From positions 128,001-192,000 of the forward strand of contig OZ223510.1 of the NCBI GenBank assembly GCA_965140785.1: a DNA stretch of 64,000 bases, written 5' to 3'. The stretch comes from an uncultured Ruficoccus sp. (GTDB lineage: Bacteria; Verrucomicrobiota; Verrucomicrobiia; Opitutales; Cerasicoccaceae). Below the pieces are notes generated by a model that saw nothing but the letters and a program-made list of their open reading frames with translations, searched no databases and was not told where the DNA came from. Shown in pieces: positions 48,076 to 61,066 of this stretch; the first letter of the stretch is position 1; every line of letters begins with the position of its first letter. Position numbers and translations under genes: made by a program.

Positions 48076-48480
48076 TTATTCCTCAGTTCCGGCTTCGGGA
48101 GAAGATGTTTCGGCGGCGGGCTCGGCTTTTTGGCCAGTCTCAGACGGCTGGGCCGGCTCGGAAGCCTCTTTGGGCTGGATGAAGCGGATTTCGCCATCCA
48201 CAAGGAAATAATTGCGCCCTTGGGCCTGGTCGGTTTGAAGCTTGCTGGTTTCCCCTTCTGCAATGGAATAGTGCAGGTTGCGGATCTGGCTCGCCGTCAT
48301 CTTCTTCGAACTGAGCTCAAAAAGACTTTGGCTGAGCCAGTTGTCCCCTATGGTGTGGTCGCGGGAGGCGATGTCGAACAGCAGGCAGGAGTTGTCAAAG
48401 AGTGCATGCGTCGCGCTCAGGGGAAGCGCCGCCAGGCAAGCGGCGGTCAGCCATTGACGAAGGGGCGTGCGGGGGAACAT
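48076..48480 (-). CDS. Small secreted hypothetical protein
   Basis: MFPRTPLRQWLTAACLAALPLSATHA signal peptide and acidic tail. Confidence 0.55.
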   Translation of the reverse strand: MFPRTPLRQWLTAACLAALPLSATHALFDNSCLLFDIASRDHTIGDNWLSQSLFELSSKKMTASQIRNLHYSIAEGETSKLQTDQAQGRNYFLVDGEIRFIQPKEASEPAQPSETGQKAEPAAETSSPEAGTEE

Positions 48481-48701
48481 CGGCAAACAGGCTACGGTGC
48501 CGGAGCCGGCGTGACAACCCAAATCGAGTTTCGCCGGGGGGCTCACCCCCGCTTGCCCAATTAGTTCAGGCTTGCCGGTTGCCGGCGTTAAGACTAGGAC
48601 AAACGCTGTGAAATTATGGCGCATGTGGGGTAATTTTGTCACAATTCCCGGCTCGCCTGAATTTGGCGGACGATGAAGGTTTTAGACTTTATCATGTTTT
48701 A

Positions 48702-48768
48702 AATCAATAGCTTATCGTTCAGGTTGGTCCACCGTAAACACTTCTACAGAGATGGAACATTTTGTGCA
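48702..48768 (+). promoter_or_regulatory. Putative sigma54 (-24/-12) promoter of clpB with upstream IHF site
   Basis: TGGAACATTTTGTGCA (GG-N10-GC) at 48753-48768; AATCAATAGCTTA at 48702-48714 matches WATCAANNNNTTR. Confidence 0.55.
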
Positions 48769-48780
48769 ATTTCGTTCACC

Positions 48781-51384
<2,604 letters not shown>

Positions 51385-51447
51385 CCCCGCCGGACATAAA
51401 AGGGCTGCGCCCTTATGCGTCTCAAGCCCTTTCATGCAAAGTATCGC

Positions 51448-51478
51448 AATGTCTCCGGTTTTACCGGAGGCATTTTTT
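51448..51478 (+). terminator. Intrinsic terminator of clpB
   Basis: AATGTCTCCGGT-TTT-ACCGGAGGCATT followed by a T run. Confidence 0.8.
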
Positions 51479-51547
51479 ATCGCTCAAGCACGGTTGTAGT
51501 TGGGGGTGGGGCTTGCCACGGGGTAGTTATTTGTTACTATAAAAACT

Positions 51548-51925
51548 GTGAAAGTCGCCATCCGTTTTATTGTGATCACCGCCTGCCTGTGTCTGGCTGC
51601 CAGCATGATGGCCGGTGCAGGCTGTTGGCTTGGGCAGAAGATTACGATCTCTCAGGCTAGCCGTGAGGCCTCTGGAGTGTTGCGCGATTTGCGGGCGTAT
51701 CCGGCTGGAAACGATCGGTATTATCTAATCAAAACAGACGAACGCTTCTTTTCTGTGATCTGGCTGAGGCCCGAGACGACAGAGTTGAAATACGCCTCGG
51801 ATGTCCCATCAGCACGCAAAGCGGTGGCGGCGCTAAAGGTCATTCAGGGACGGAATTTATACGTCGTTCTTTACGATGATGGTGCGATCGAGGAATACAC
51901 TGGACCGTTGAATCAGTTGCCATAA
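51548..51925 (+). CDS. Hypothetical membrane-anchored protein
   Basis: 125-aa ORF with N-terminal hydrophobic helix. Confidence 0.5.
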   Translation: MKVAIRFIVITACLCLAASMMAGAGCWLGQKITISQASREASGVLRDLRAYPAGNDRYYLIKTDERFFSVIWLRPETTELKYASDVPSARKAVAALKVIQGRNLYVVLYDDGAIEEYTGPLNQLP

Positions 51926-52020
51926 TGAAAGCTTGCTGGGAGGGTTCTTATACTCGCCCAATGAATCAGCGAAATACTGGCAAAGACTGTATTGATACCG
52001 CCTATCTCGCGCTCGCGGCA

Positions 52021-52518
52021 CTAGTGATGATGATGCCCCGTCGGTACGCCCCAGGCCCAGCGTTTGCCGGACCAGAGGACCTCGCCGTCGGGCTGGGCCA
52101 GGGTGACGCGGACCTTGTGGTGGGTGTAGGGGTCGATCTCGGCCTCGGTGGGGCCGAAGAGCTGATACTCCGCGTCCCAGGCTAAGGTCTCCTTACCAAA
52201 GTCCCCGCCGATGGTGACGACGCTGTCCGGTGGCAGGGTGGGGGCAGTCACGACAGCCAGGTGCGGCCCCGCCCAACCCAGTTCGAGTTGGGTCGGCTGC
52301 CCATCGATCATGATCTCGTAAACGGCCCCCTGGAAGCGCCCCCGCTCGATATGGGCGGCTTTCTCCGTCTGCCAGTTCTGGTAGAGCGGGATGGCGACGA
52401 TCAGTCCGATGATGGCCAGCGCGGCGATGACGGTCGCTATCAGCCGCCAGTTCAGGCCGCTGGGCGGAATCAGGTTGGGATTCTCGGAGGGGGTGTAAGG
52501 GGGTTGCGGCTGAGACAT
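52021..52518 (-). CDS. Single-TM hypothetical protein with C-terminal HHHH
   Basis: TM helix, host-like codon usage, ends PTGHHHH. Confidence 0.7.
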   Translation of the reverse strand: MSQPQPPYTPSENPNLIPPSGLNWRLIATVIAALAIIGLIVAIPLYQNWQTEKAAHIERGRFQGAVYEIMIDGQPTQLELGWAGPHLAVVTAPTLPPDSVVTIGGDFGKETLAWDAEYQLFGPTEAEIDPYTHHKVRVTLAQPDGEVLWSGKRWAWGVPTGHHHH

Positions 52519-52656
52519 GAGTGAGGGGAAGAAAGAGTTTCAGATGCAATTTTATTGCGATAATAGCCCTTGTGACCGAAGGCTGTCAAGTTCCCGGCAG
52601 TGCCTGCGTTTCCCGCTTGCGGCAGGCGGGGTTTGCGAAAAAGCTGACCGCTTCCC

Positions 52657-53562
52657 ATGAGTGAGAAAACAGGCCCCGAGTATTTCAACCGCATCACCGG
52701 CAAGATCGAATACGAGTCGGTTTATGGCGAGGCGTGGCTGGACTGGGCTTACAACCATCCGCTGGGGCGGCTGACTGTCGAGCTGGCTGTGAAGCGGGCG
52801 TGGTTCTCGCGGTGGTACGGCTGGCGCATGAGCCGCCGCTCGAGTGCCAAGAAGGTCGTCCCGTTCATCGAAAAGTACGGCCTCGATATTGCCGAAATGG
52901 CCCGCCCGCCCGACCATTTCGAGAGCTTTAACGACTTCTTCAGCCGTCGCCTCAAGCCCGAGGCCCGGCCTATCGACCCGGACCCGCAGTCGGTGGTCTT
53001 CCCCGCCGACGGGCGGCATTTGGGGTTCGCCGATGTGAGCGCGTCGGACCAGTTTTACGCGAAAGGCCAGCGCATGAACCTCGAAGCGCTGCTCGGTGAC
53101 CGTGAACTGGCCGCCCGCTACCACGGCGGTTCGATGGTCATCTCGCGTCTGTGCCCGGTGGACTACCACCGCTTCCATTATCCGGCGGAGGGCGTGCCGG
53201 GTGAGACGCTCGCCATCAACGGCGACCTCTATTCGGTCAACCCCGTCTGCCTGCGCCAGCGGCTCTCCGTGCTGTGGGAAAACAAGCGCACCCTGACCGG
53301 CCTTCAGACTGAGCACTTCGGCCAAATCCTGTGCCTGGAAATCGGCGCGACCTGCGTGGGGTCGATCGTGCAGACACATGTGCCCGGCCAGCACACGGCC
53401 AAGGGCGGCGAGAAGGGCTTTTTCCAGTTTGGTGGCTCGATGTGCATCACGCTCTTCGAGCCCGGACGCGTTTCCCTGGCCGACGACCTGCTGGAGCACA
53501 CAGCCGCCGGTCGCGAGCTGTACGCCCGCATGGGCGACGTGATGGGAAGAGGCCGCGCCTAG
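52657..53562 (+). CDS. psd: Phosphatidylserine decarboxylase proenzyme
   Basis: SFNDFFSR, RLCPVDYHRFH, GATCVGSI and FGGS cleavage motif. Confidence 0.93.
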   Translation: MSEKTGPEYFNRITGKIEYESVYGEAWLDWAYNHPLGRLTVELAVKRAWFSRWYGWRMSRRSSAKKVVPFIEKYGLDIAEMARPPDHFESFNDFFSRRLKPEARPIDPDPQSVVFPADGRHLGFADVSASDQFYAKGQRMNLEALLGDRELAARYHGGSMVISRLCPVDYHRFHYPAEGVPGETLAINGDLYSVNPVCLRQRLSVLWENKRTLTGLQTEHFGQILCLEIGATCVGSIVQTHVPGQHTAKGGEKGFFQFGGSMCITLFEPGRVSLADDLLEHTAAGRELYARMGDVMGRGRA

Positions 53563-53698
53563 CACAGGGCAAAGCCCTGCACCCTAGATGCTGCGCATCT
53601 GGATGGCATTTCTTGAGGAAATGCCATGGGGGTAAGTCTCCCGAGCTAACGACCGTTTCAGCTTAGGGGTTCAGTGTTGGGAAGCTTCCTCCACCCAT

Positions 53699-53730
53699 AA
53701 AAAAGCGCCCCCATGGCCGAGGGCGCTTTG
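53699..53730. terminator. Bidirectional intrinsic terminator
   Basis: AAAGCGCCC-N10-GGGCGCTTT between convergent psd and mscS. Confidence 0.75.
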
Positions 53731-53769
53731 TCGTTAAAAGATGAATAAAGGCTTGGTCCCGTAAACAGC

Positions 53770-54614
53770 CTACGCTTGGGCCGGGGCGTTTTCCTCGGCG
53801 GGCTTGGGATCGACCTTGTGCAGATAGACGTCCTGCTGCGGGTAGGGGATGGATATCCCTTCCTCGTCGAAGCGCAGCTTGATCGTCATGTTGAGCCGGA
53901 AAAAAGTCGGCCAGTAGTCCGAGCTCTTAACCCAGGGCCGGACGGCGAAGTTGATGCTGCTGTCAGCCATTTCCAGGACGCCAACGGTGTAGGCCGGGTC
54001 ATCAAGGACGGCCTCGTCGTTGGTGAGGATGTCTTCGAGCACGGCCTGAACCTTGCGCAGGTCGTCGTCGTAGCTGCACCCCACCACCAGGTCCATGCGG
54101 CGGGTGTCGTGAGCGGAGAAGTTTGTGATCGGTCCGCCGGTGATCTGTCCGTTGGGCACGATAATCTTCTTGTTGTCGGGGGTCTTGAACTCGGTTTCGA
54201 AGATGCTCAGCTCGACCACGCTGCCCATGATGCCGGCGGCCTGGATGAAGTCGCCCACGCGGAAGGGCTTGAAGACGAGGATCATGACCCCGGCGGCGAA
54301 GTTGCCCAGCGAGCTCTGCAAGGCGAAACCGATGGCCACGGTACAAGCACCGACGATGGCCACGGCTGAGGTTGTGTTGACCCCGACTTCCTCGAGGGCG
54401 GCGATGATGACAATGGCCACCAAAATGAAGTACAGGACGTTGCTGCAGAACGAAACCACGGCGGCCTCGACCTTGCGGGCGGTCAGTACCCGTCGGAGGA
54501 CCTTGCATACGAACTTGGCCAGGATACGGCCAACGATCAGGATAATAATGGCGTATAACGCCGGAAGGCGTACGTTTCCACCAAGTGCATGATGGTGCTA
54601 GTTTCTTCGTCCAT
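53770..54614 (-). CDS. mscS: Small-conductance mechanosensitive channel, one-base frameshift near 54565
   Basis: GFALQSSLGNFAAG, KPFRVGD, VPNG and ISIPYPQ motifs; MDEETST...YA joins PALYAIIILIVGR only if one base is added. Confidence 0.88.
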
Positions 54615-54707
54615 GGATTTTTATAGAGCGTTAGTGATTAGGAAGACCGGGCAGGTCATTTTTTGCTCGGACCTGCCAACAATCGGCTCATAGAATGGAC
54701 GCTTTAC

Positions 54708-56642
54708 ATGAAAACGTCGAGTATCTCCCTGCGCGTAGCCGATTTTCTTAAGCAACACCCGCCGTTTGAATTTTTCGGCCTGCAGGACCTCGTCAAACTG
54801 GCCGGTTCGGGCCGGGTCAAATTCCACGAGGAGGGGGAGCATGTTTTTGACGAAGGCGAGCCGCGCAACCGCCATTTCTACGTCATCCAGCAGGGGACGG
54901 TGAACATTTATTCGCGCTCGGCCAAGGGCGGCGAAGACCTGATCGATGTCCGGGTCGAGGGCGACCTGCTGGGCATTTTCTGGCTCATGGGCGAGCAGCC
55001 CTACCGCTACACGGCCATCACCGCCAGTGACACCCTGCTGTATGCGCTGCCGTTCGAGGATTTTCTCCCGCTGGTGGCCCGCTACCCAGCGGCGACGCGC
55101 TACCTGGTCGATTACTTTTCCGAAGTGCCCGCCAGCAAGGGCGAGGACGGCGAGGGTACAGATGCCGGCACGGACCACGGCCTGTGGCTCGAAAAGACCG
55201 GGGTGCACCACACCTTCGAACCGGAGGAGTTCCTCAAGTGCGCTCCCGGCGAGTTGATCAAGGATGTGGCGGCCAAGCTCTCGGCCCATCAGCAGCAGGC
55301 GGTCATCGTGGCCGATGCCGAGGGGCTCCCGCTGGGTATCGTGACCGAGGCCGACCTCTGTGGCCGGGTTGCCACCGGGGAGGTCTCCCCCGAGGCCCCG
55401 GTGGAGACGCTGATGACTTCGCCCGTGCGCACCGTCGGCCCCGACCTGAACGCCGGGGAACTGTTGTTGCGCATGCTGCGCCACCGCCTCCGGCACCTGT
55501 GTGTGACGCAGGACGGGACGCCTGCTTCGCCCGTCATGGGACTTATTTCCGAGCGCGAGCTCCAGCTCAACTACGGACGCCTGCCCAATGCTCTGGGGCG
55601 CCAGATCCTGGCCGCGCCCGATGTCCGGGCGCTCTCGAAGCTTCGGGACCGCGCCGACGAGCTGCTGGTCGAGTACCTGGAAAACGAGGCCAACATGGGC
55701 TTCCTCGTCGATTTCGTGGCCGAGATTGACGGGCTGGTGCTGACGCGGGCCCTCCGCATGGGGGAACAGAATCTCCTTAATCGTGGCCTGGAAAAACCCG
55801 AGATCGACTTCTGCTGGATGGCCATGCACAGCGAGGGCCGTAAGGAGCGGCTTATCCGCTCAGCCCAGCGGACGGCTCTGGTCTATGAAGACCCGCCCCC
55901 GGAGATTTTCCGCTACTGCCGCCGCTGGTTTCTGCATCTGGCCGAGGAGGTCAGCCACATCCTGGTCGGGTGCGGTTTTCCCTTCGACACCAACGGTCGC
56001 ATGGCCAGCAACACCGAATGGTGCCAGCCCTTCACCACCTGGAAGGCCTACTACAGCCGCTGGATTCACGAGCCGATCGAAAGCAACATCGTTTCGCTGA
56101 CCTCGCTCTTCGACCTGCGGGCAGTCGGAACAAGTCCCAAGCTGGTCGAGGACCTGGATAGGCACATCCGGGAGGAGATCAAGGAGAGCCCGAACTTCAT
56201 CCCGCTGCTGGCCAACGACGCGATGGCCAACCTGCCGCCGGTCACGATCTTCCGTGACTCGGTCATGGATAAAGCCGGTATCCTCTGGAGCTGCATTGAC
56301 ACCAAAATGCACGCCCTGTACCCGCTGGTGGACGTGGCCCGCGTCTTCGCACTGGAGTATGAGCTGGAGGACTGCACGCACACAGTGGAGCGCTTCGAGC
56401 GAATGGCGGAAGTCCTGCCCGCCGAGCGTGACCTGTTCCGGGCCGCCGCTGACGCCGCCCGCGCCAGCCTGGCCCTCCAGTCGCTGATCGGCCTGCGCCG
56501 GGGCGATAACGGCCAATTTATCCGCCCGCACGAACTGAGCAAATCCGACCAGGAGCACCTCAAAGGCGTTTTTCGTACCATTGTCCGCCTCTTGGACTTC
56601 GCGGCGGCACACTTTAAGCTACAACCGGACGAATCCCGATGA
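54708..56642 (+). CDS. cNMP-binding + CBS + DUF294 nucleotidyltransferase-like protein
   Basis: FLKQHPPF cNMP domain, GIVTEADL CBS segment, SEGRKE, MASN and FDLR motifs. Confidence 0.9.
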   Translation: MKTSSISLRVADFLKQHPPFEFFGLQDLVKLAGSGRVKFHEEGEHVFDEGEPRNRHFYVIQQGTVNIYSRSAKGGEDLIDVRVEGDLLGIFWLMGEQPYRYTAITASDTLLYALPFEDFLPLVARYPAATRYLVDYFSEVPASKGEDGEGTDAGTDHGLWLEKTGVHHTFEPEEFLKCAPGELIKDVAAKLSAHQQQAVIVADAEGLPLGIVTEADLCGRVATGEVSPEAPVETLMTSPVRTVGPDLNAGELLLRMLRHRLRHLCVTQDGTPASPVMGLISERELQLNYGRLPNALGRQILAAPDVRALSKLRDRADELLVEYLENEANMGFLVDFVAEIDGLVLTRALRMGEQNLLNRGLEKPEIDFCWMAMHSEGRKERLIRSAQRTALVYEDPPPEIFRYCRRWFLHLAEEVSHILVGCGFPFDTNGRMASNTEWCQPFTTWKAYYSRWIHEPIESNIVSLTSLFDLRAVGTSPKLVEDLDRHIREEIKESPNFIPLLANDAMANLPPVTIFRDSVMDKAGILWSCIDTKMHALYPLVDVARVFALEYELEDCTHTVERFERMAEVLPAERDLFRAAADAARASLALQSLIGLRRGDNGQFIRPHELSKSDQEHLKGVFRTIVRLLDFAAAHFKLQPDESR

Positions 56643-57322
56643 ATCTCTTTGGCGATACCGACAGTATCCAGCTCTACCACGAGTCTTTTGGTGAGACCTG
56701 GAACGATTCCGATCCGCTCGATCATGTGCGCTTCGTTGTGCTGGACACGGAAACGACCGGCCTCGACGTGCGCAAGGACTGCATCGTGACCATCGGAGCG
56801 GTGGCCGTCCGGCGCAACCAGATCATGCTCGACGACCAGTATGAGTCCATGATCAAGTTCGCCTTCAATACCTCGGCGGTAGTGGTGCACGGCATCACTC
56901 GGGAAACTGCCCAGGAGGAAGGGGTTGAGGAGCCGGTCGCGCTACGCGAATTTCTCGCCTACCTACGCGACGGGGTCATCGTCGGCCACCACATCGGCTT
57001 CGATGTGGATATGCTCAGCGAGCGTTGCCGCAAGCGTTTCGGCCTGGAAATCCAGAACCGCTGGCTCGACACGATGGAGCTGACCCTGAGGCTGGAGGAG
57101 ATGGGAGCCTTTCCCGGCGACCAGAACGCCCGCAAGGACTTCAGTCTGGACGGGTTGTGTCGGCTTTTCGGCATCCCGCCACATGACCGGCATACCGCCC
57201 CCGGGGACGCTTTTATCACCGCGCAGGTTTTTCTGAAACTTTTACGCCTCGCCCGGCGTTATAACCTGATAAGCCTGGCCGACATCACCCAGCGCTGGCA
57301 GCCGCCCGAAGAGCGAGAGTAG
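56639..57322 (+). CDS. DEDDh 3'-5' exonuclease (Pol III epsilon-like)
   Basis: VLDTETTGLD, GHHIGFD, HTAPGDA. Confidence 0.92.
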   Translation: MNLFGDTDSIQLYHESFGETWNDSDPLDHVRFVVLDTETTGLDVRKDCIVTIGAVAVRRNQIMLDDQYESMIKFAFNTSAVVVHGITRETAQEEGVEEPVALREFLAYLRDGVIVGHHIGFDVDMLSERCRKRFGLEIQNRWLDTMELTLRLEEMGAFPGDQNARKDFSLDGLCRLFGIPPHDRHTAPGDAFITAQVFLKLLRLARRYNLISLADITQRWQPPEERE

Positions 57323-57382
57323 GGGGCTCGCATCAGGCGTGGAGGGAGTGGCGGCTCGTAGCTGTCAACATCTCTACTCCTG

Positions 57383-57835
57383 ATGCCGATGAAAAAACTC
57401 CTCCTTCGCCGCGTGCTAAACCTGCTGTTGTGGCTCAGCGTGTGCTTCCTTGCCGCCACGGGCTTTGTTATCCACTGGAAGCTGCCACACGGACTCCATG
57501 GGGTGCGCGGGGGAGGCGGCTCGACGCTCCTCGGCCTCAGCCGCCACGACTGGGGCGAATGGCACTTTTGGGTCGGGGTGGGCTTCATTGTCCTCGTGCT
57601 GGCGCACCTCGTCATGGCCTGGCCTTGGCTCAGGAACGCCGCCGCCGGCAGGAAACGCCTTTGGGCCGTGGTGGCCGGGCTTGTCCTTGGGCTGGCCATC
57701 CCAGCCACGCTACTGCTCTATCCGGTAGAAATCGGGAGCGGTGGCAGCGGCGACGGGGCCTCCGTCCAGAGTGGAACGGGCGTGAGCGGCGGACAGGGCA
57801 ACGGTTATCGCGGAGGCCGATCCGACGGCGAGTAG
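57383..57835 (+). CDS. DUF4405 family membrane protein
   Basis: LLGLSRHDWGEWHFW...HLVMAWPW. Confidence 0.8.
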   Translation: MPMKKLLLRRVLNLLLWLSVCFLAATGFVIHWKLPHGLHGVRGGGGSTLLGLSRHDWGEWHFWVGVGFIVLVLAHLVMAWPWLRNAAAGRKRLWAVVAGLVLGLAIPATLLLYPVEIGSGGSGDGASVQSGTGVSGGQGNGYRGGRSDGE

Positions 57836-57976
57836 TGCCTCGTTCCACCGGCTTTGATAAAGAAAGCGAAGATTTAACAGGAAGATCGGGAGCCTTATCC
57901 GGTCTATCTAAAGCGGTGTCATCCGCTGCTTAAGCTTTCCAAAGCTGGATGCATGCTTATCATTGGTCGGCCTGGG

Positions 57977-58942
57977 ATGAGTAACATTTATCCATGGGGC
58001 CATGACGGGCGCTATAACGACTTTTCGACGGCTTTCCGCCGTCGCTTCTCTGGGCGCGTGCAAAAGGTCTCTGTGGACGGCGGTTTCACCTGCCCGAATC
58101 GTGACGGAACGCTGGCCGTCAGCGGCTGCACCTACTGCAACAACAGCAGCTTCAATCCCGGCTATTGCCGTGAGCATGGGAGCATCGCCGAGCAGTTGGG
58201 AGAAGGCGTGCGGTTCTTTTCACGCAAGTATCCCTCGATGGGCTTTCTGGCCTACTTCCAGGCCTATTCCAACACCTACGCACCGCTTGATGTGCTGCGG
58301 GAGCGCTACGAGGAAGCTCTCGCCCAGCCAAGCATCGTCGGGCTGGTCCTGGGGACACGCCCGGACTGCGTCACGGCCGACGTCCTCGACTACCTCGCGG
58401 AGTTGGCCCAACGCTGCACGGTGATGGTCGAGTACGGCGTGGAATCCGTCAATGACGCGACGCTTCAACGCATCCGGCGCGGACACACTTTCGAGGATGC
58501 CCGCCGCGCTATCTGCGAAACCGCCCGCCGGGGTATTTCCACCGGCGCGCACCTCATGCTCGGGCTCCCTGGAGAAGACCGTGAGGACTGGCTGGCGCAG
58601 GCCCGGACGATTTCGGCGCTGCCGGTCGATCACCTGAAACTCCACCAGCTCCAGATCGTACGCGGCACGGCCATGGCCCGCGAATACCGGGAGCACCCGG
58701 AGCGCTTCCCGCTCTTCAGCCCGGAGACGTACCTGGAGTTGGTCGTCGATTATCTGGAACAACTGAATCCCCGAATCGTCATCGAGCGCTTTACCAGTGA
58801 GGCCCCCGCCGAGCTACTGATCGCGCCGGATTGGGGCAAGCTGCGCAACTACCAGTTTGCCATGCGGGTAGAGAAACGCCTCCGCGAACGCGACACCTGG
58901 CAGGGGCGGCTTTACTCACCGGTGGCGGCGGTGGCGGAGTAG
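57977..58942 (+). CDS. TIGR01212/YhcC-family radical SAM protein
   Basis: GFTCPNRDG...GCTYC, YFQAYSNTY, GTRPDC, KLHQL. Confidence 0.93.
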   Translation: MSNIYPWGHDGRYNDFSTAFRRRFSGRVQKVSVDGGFTCPNRDGTLAVSGCTYCNNSSFNPGYCREHGSIAEQLGEGVRFFSRKYPSMGFLAYFQAYSNTYAPLDVLRERYEEALAQPSIVGLVLGTRPDCVTADVLDYLAELAQRCTVMVEYGVESVNDATLQRIRRGHTFEDARRAICETARRGISTGAHLMLGLPGEDREDWLAQARTISALPVDHLKLHQLQIVRGTAMAREYREHPERFPLFSPETYLELVVDYLEQLNPRIVIERFTSEAPAELLIAPDWGKLRNYQFAMRVEKRLRERDTWQGRLYSPVAAVAE

Positions 58943-59020
58943 GAGCATACTTATCCCATTCTGTTTTCTTCGCGCCTTTCGTGTCTTCTTTGTGTTCTTC
59001 GTGACCGTTCTTTTCACCCT

Positions 59021-59914
59021 TCACTCTTGCCGGAAACGCGCGGGAGTGGTTCCGGTATGGCGTTTGAATAAGCGGGAGAAATAGACCGTGTCTTGGTAGC
59101 CGACCTTCCCGGCCACGGCGGCAACCTTGAGGTCGCTGTGGCGCAGCAGGGTCTTGGCGCGCTCGATCCGCATGCCGTGCAGGTAACCGACCGGGCTGAC
59201 CCCGTACTGCTGCCGGAAGACGCGGGCCAGATGTTCGTAGCTGTAGCCCATGCGGCCCAATTCGGCGCACACGGCACTGTCCTCACGGGGGGTGGAGATG
59301 AGCCGGTCGAGGGTCATGCGCACGCGGTAGGCGAGCTCCTCGCGGTGGTGGCCGGTGCGAACGGGGTCCGGGCGCGGGTCGAGCAACCGGATGAGCAGCT
59401 CCAGCAGCACACCGCGGGCGGCGCAGTGCTCATGCGGGTGGGGGCCGCCCAGCATCAGCTCCAGCCGGTCCATCAGGGCGTACACCTGAGCGGGTGCATG
59501 AATGCTGCCGCTCAGGATGCCCGCGGGCACGACTTTAGGCGCCGGACGGAAGAACTCACGGCGCGGGGCGGCGGGGTAAAAGGTCATGACCGGGGTTTCG
59601 TCCGGGATCGGCCAGTGCTCCCAGTCAAAGTGCGCGTAGTAGCGCTTACCGGGGCGCAGGCAGTTGGTCGTGTGCCAGCGACCCGGTGGTATGATCAGGT
59701 AGCTGTTATCCGTGCAGGTGTGGGCGGTGCCGTCGATCTCGATTTCAAAGGCCCCGCTGTGTACGAGAATCACCTCATGGTCATAAATCAAGCGCCGGGG
59801 CTCGACCCAGCCGGCCTCAAGCTGCATGTGGCCGCACAGGCTCCGCACCGCAAAGCCCGAGGGCCGCAGGCTGGGGCAGGGGGAGATGAGCGAAAGCCAG
59901 TCGTCCATTTTCAT
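59021..59914 (-). CDS. AraC family transcriptional regulator
   Basis: Cupin-like N-terminus; RIERAKTLL...VGYQDTVYFSRLFKRHTGTTP. Confidence 0.93.
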   Translation of the reverse strand: MKMDDWLSLISPCPSLRPSGFAVRSLCGHMQLEAGWVEPRRLIYDHEVILVHSGAFEIEIDGTAHTCTDNSYLIIPPGRWHTTNCLRPGKRYYAHFDWEHWPIPDETPVMTFYPAAPRREFFRPAPKVVPAGILSGSIHAPAQVYALMDRLELMLGGPHPHEHCAARGVLLELLIRLLDPRPDPVRTGHHREELAYRVRMTLDRLISTPREDSAVCAELGRMGYSYEHLARVFRQQYGVSPVGYLHGMRIERAKTLLRHSDLKVAAVAGKVGYQDTVYFSRLFKRHTGTTPARFRQE

Positions 59915-60019
59915 AAAATATCATATTAGACCTGTAAATGGTCACTTAAGGCCCTTCATATTCGAATATTTTTCTGATAGTATGTCATAAAAGCAAACCT
60001 TAACCCCACTCGATTTACC

Positions 60020-61024
60020 ATGAAAGCAACCGCACTTGTCACCGACGAAAAACAAAATTTCTCCCTCCGGAGCGTTACCCTGCCCGAACCGGGCGAGGGC
60101 GAAGTCTTGGTCAAAACCCTTTATTCCGGTGTGAGCATCGGCACCGAGTTTGCGCTCATCCGCAACAAGATCAACTGGGGCCCGTACCCGCTGGTCACCG
60201 GCTACATGGGCACCGGCGTGGTAGAAAAGTCCGGCCCCGGCGTCACCGAGGTCAAGGAAGGCGACAAGGTCTTCTTCCGCCATAATGTGGGCAAGACGCT
60301 GCTGGATGACGGCACCGCGATCAGTCCGGTGGCGGGCACGCACAGCTCGCACGTGATCAGCACAATCGGCGGGACGCACGGCCTGGGCAAGCTGCCCGAG
60401 GGCTGCGACCCGGCCACGGCCAGCATGTTCGTCATGCCAGCCGTCGGCTACAAGGCGGTGGATACCTCAGAGCCGAAAATGGGTGAAAACGTCGTGGTCG
60501 TCGGTTGCGGCCTGATCGGCCTCGGCGTCATCGCCGCCTGCGCGATGCGCGGCTGCCGTGTCATTGCCATCGACCTGGAACCCGGCCAGCTCGAGCTGGC
60601 CCGCGCCTTCGGGGCGGACGTTCTCATCAACAGCCGCGAGCGCAACATGGCCGAAGCGGTCAAGGAGGTTTGCCCGGAGGGGGCCGACGTCGTTTACGAA
60701 TCCACCGGCATCCCCGCCCTGGTCAACCCCGCGATCGAGCTGGCCCGCGTGGACGGCAAGTTCATCTGGCAGGGCAACTACGGCGACGCGCCCCTGAGCT
60801 TCTCCTTCATCCCGGCCCACATCCGCCGCCTGAAGATGTACTTCCCCTGCGACGACGGCTACATGCCCTGCCGCCTGACCGTGCTCAAGCACCTGGCCGC
60901 CGGTATCCTGCCCTGGGAAAAGGTCATCACGCACCGCCTCAAGGCCGCCGAAGCGCCCGCCGTATTCAAAAAGATTAATCAGGGTGATAAAACCTACCAG
61001 GGCGTTGTCATCGATTGGTCCTGA
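60020..61024 (+). CDS. Medium-chain (alcohol dehydrogenase-like) oxidoreductase
   Basis: SGVSIGTE, YPLVTGY, VVGCGLIG, GADVVYESTG. Confidence 0.88.
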   Translation: MKATALVTDEKQNFSLRSVTLPEPGEGEVLVKTLYSGVSIGTEFALIRNKINWGPYPLVTGYMGTGVVEKSGPGVTEVKEGDKVFFRHNVGKTLLDDGTAISPVAGTHSSHVISTIGGTHGLGKLPEGCDPATASMFVMPAVGYKAVDTSEPKMGENVVVVGCGLIGLGVIAACAMRGCRVIAIDLEPGQLELARAFGADVLINSRERNMAEAVKEVCPEGADVVYESTGIPALVNPAIELARVDGKFIWQGNYGDAPLSFSFIPAHIRRLKMYFPCDDGYMPCRLTVLKHLAAGILPWEKVITHRLKAAEAPAVFKKINQGDKTYQGVVIDWS

Positions 61025-61066
61025 GTGTAAAAACAACCTCTTCCCGAACCACCAACCCGCTTTATT

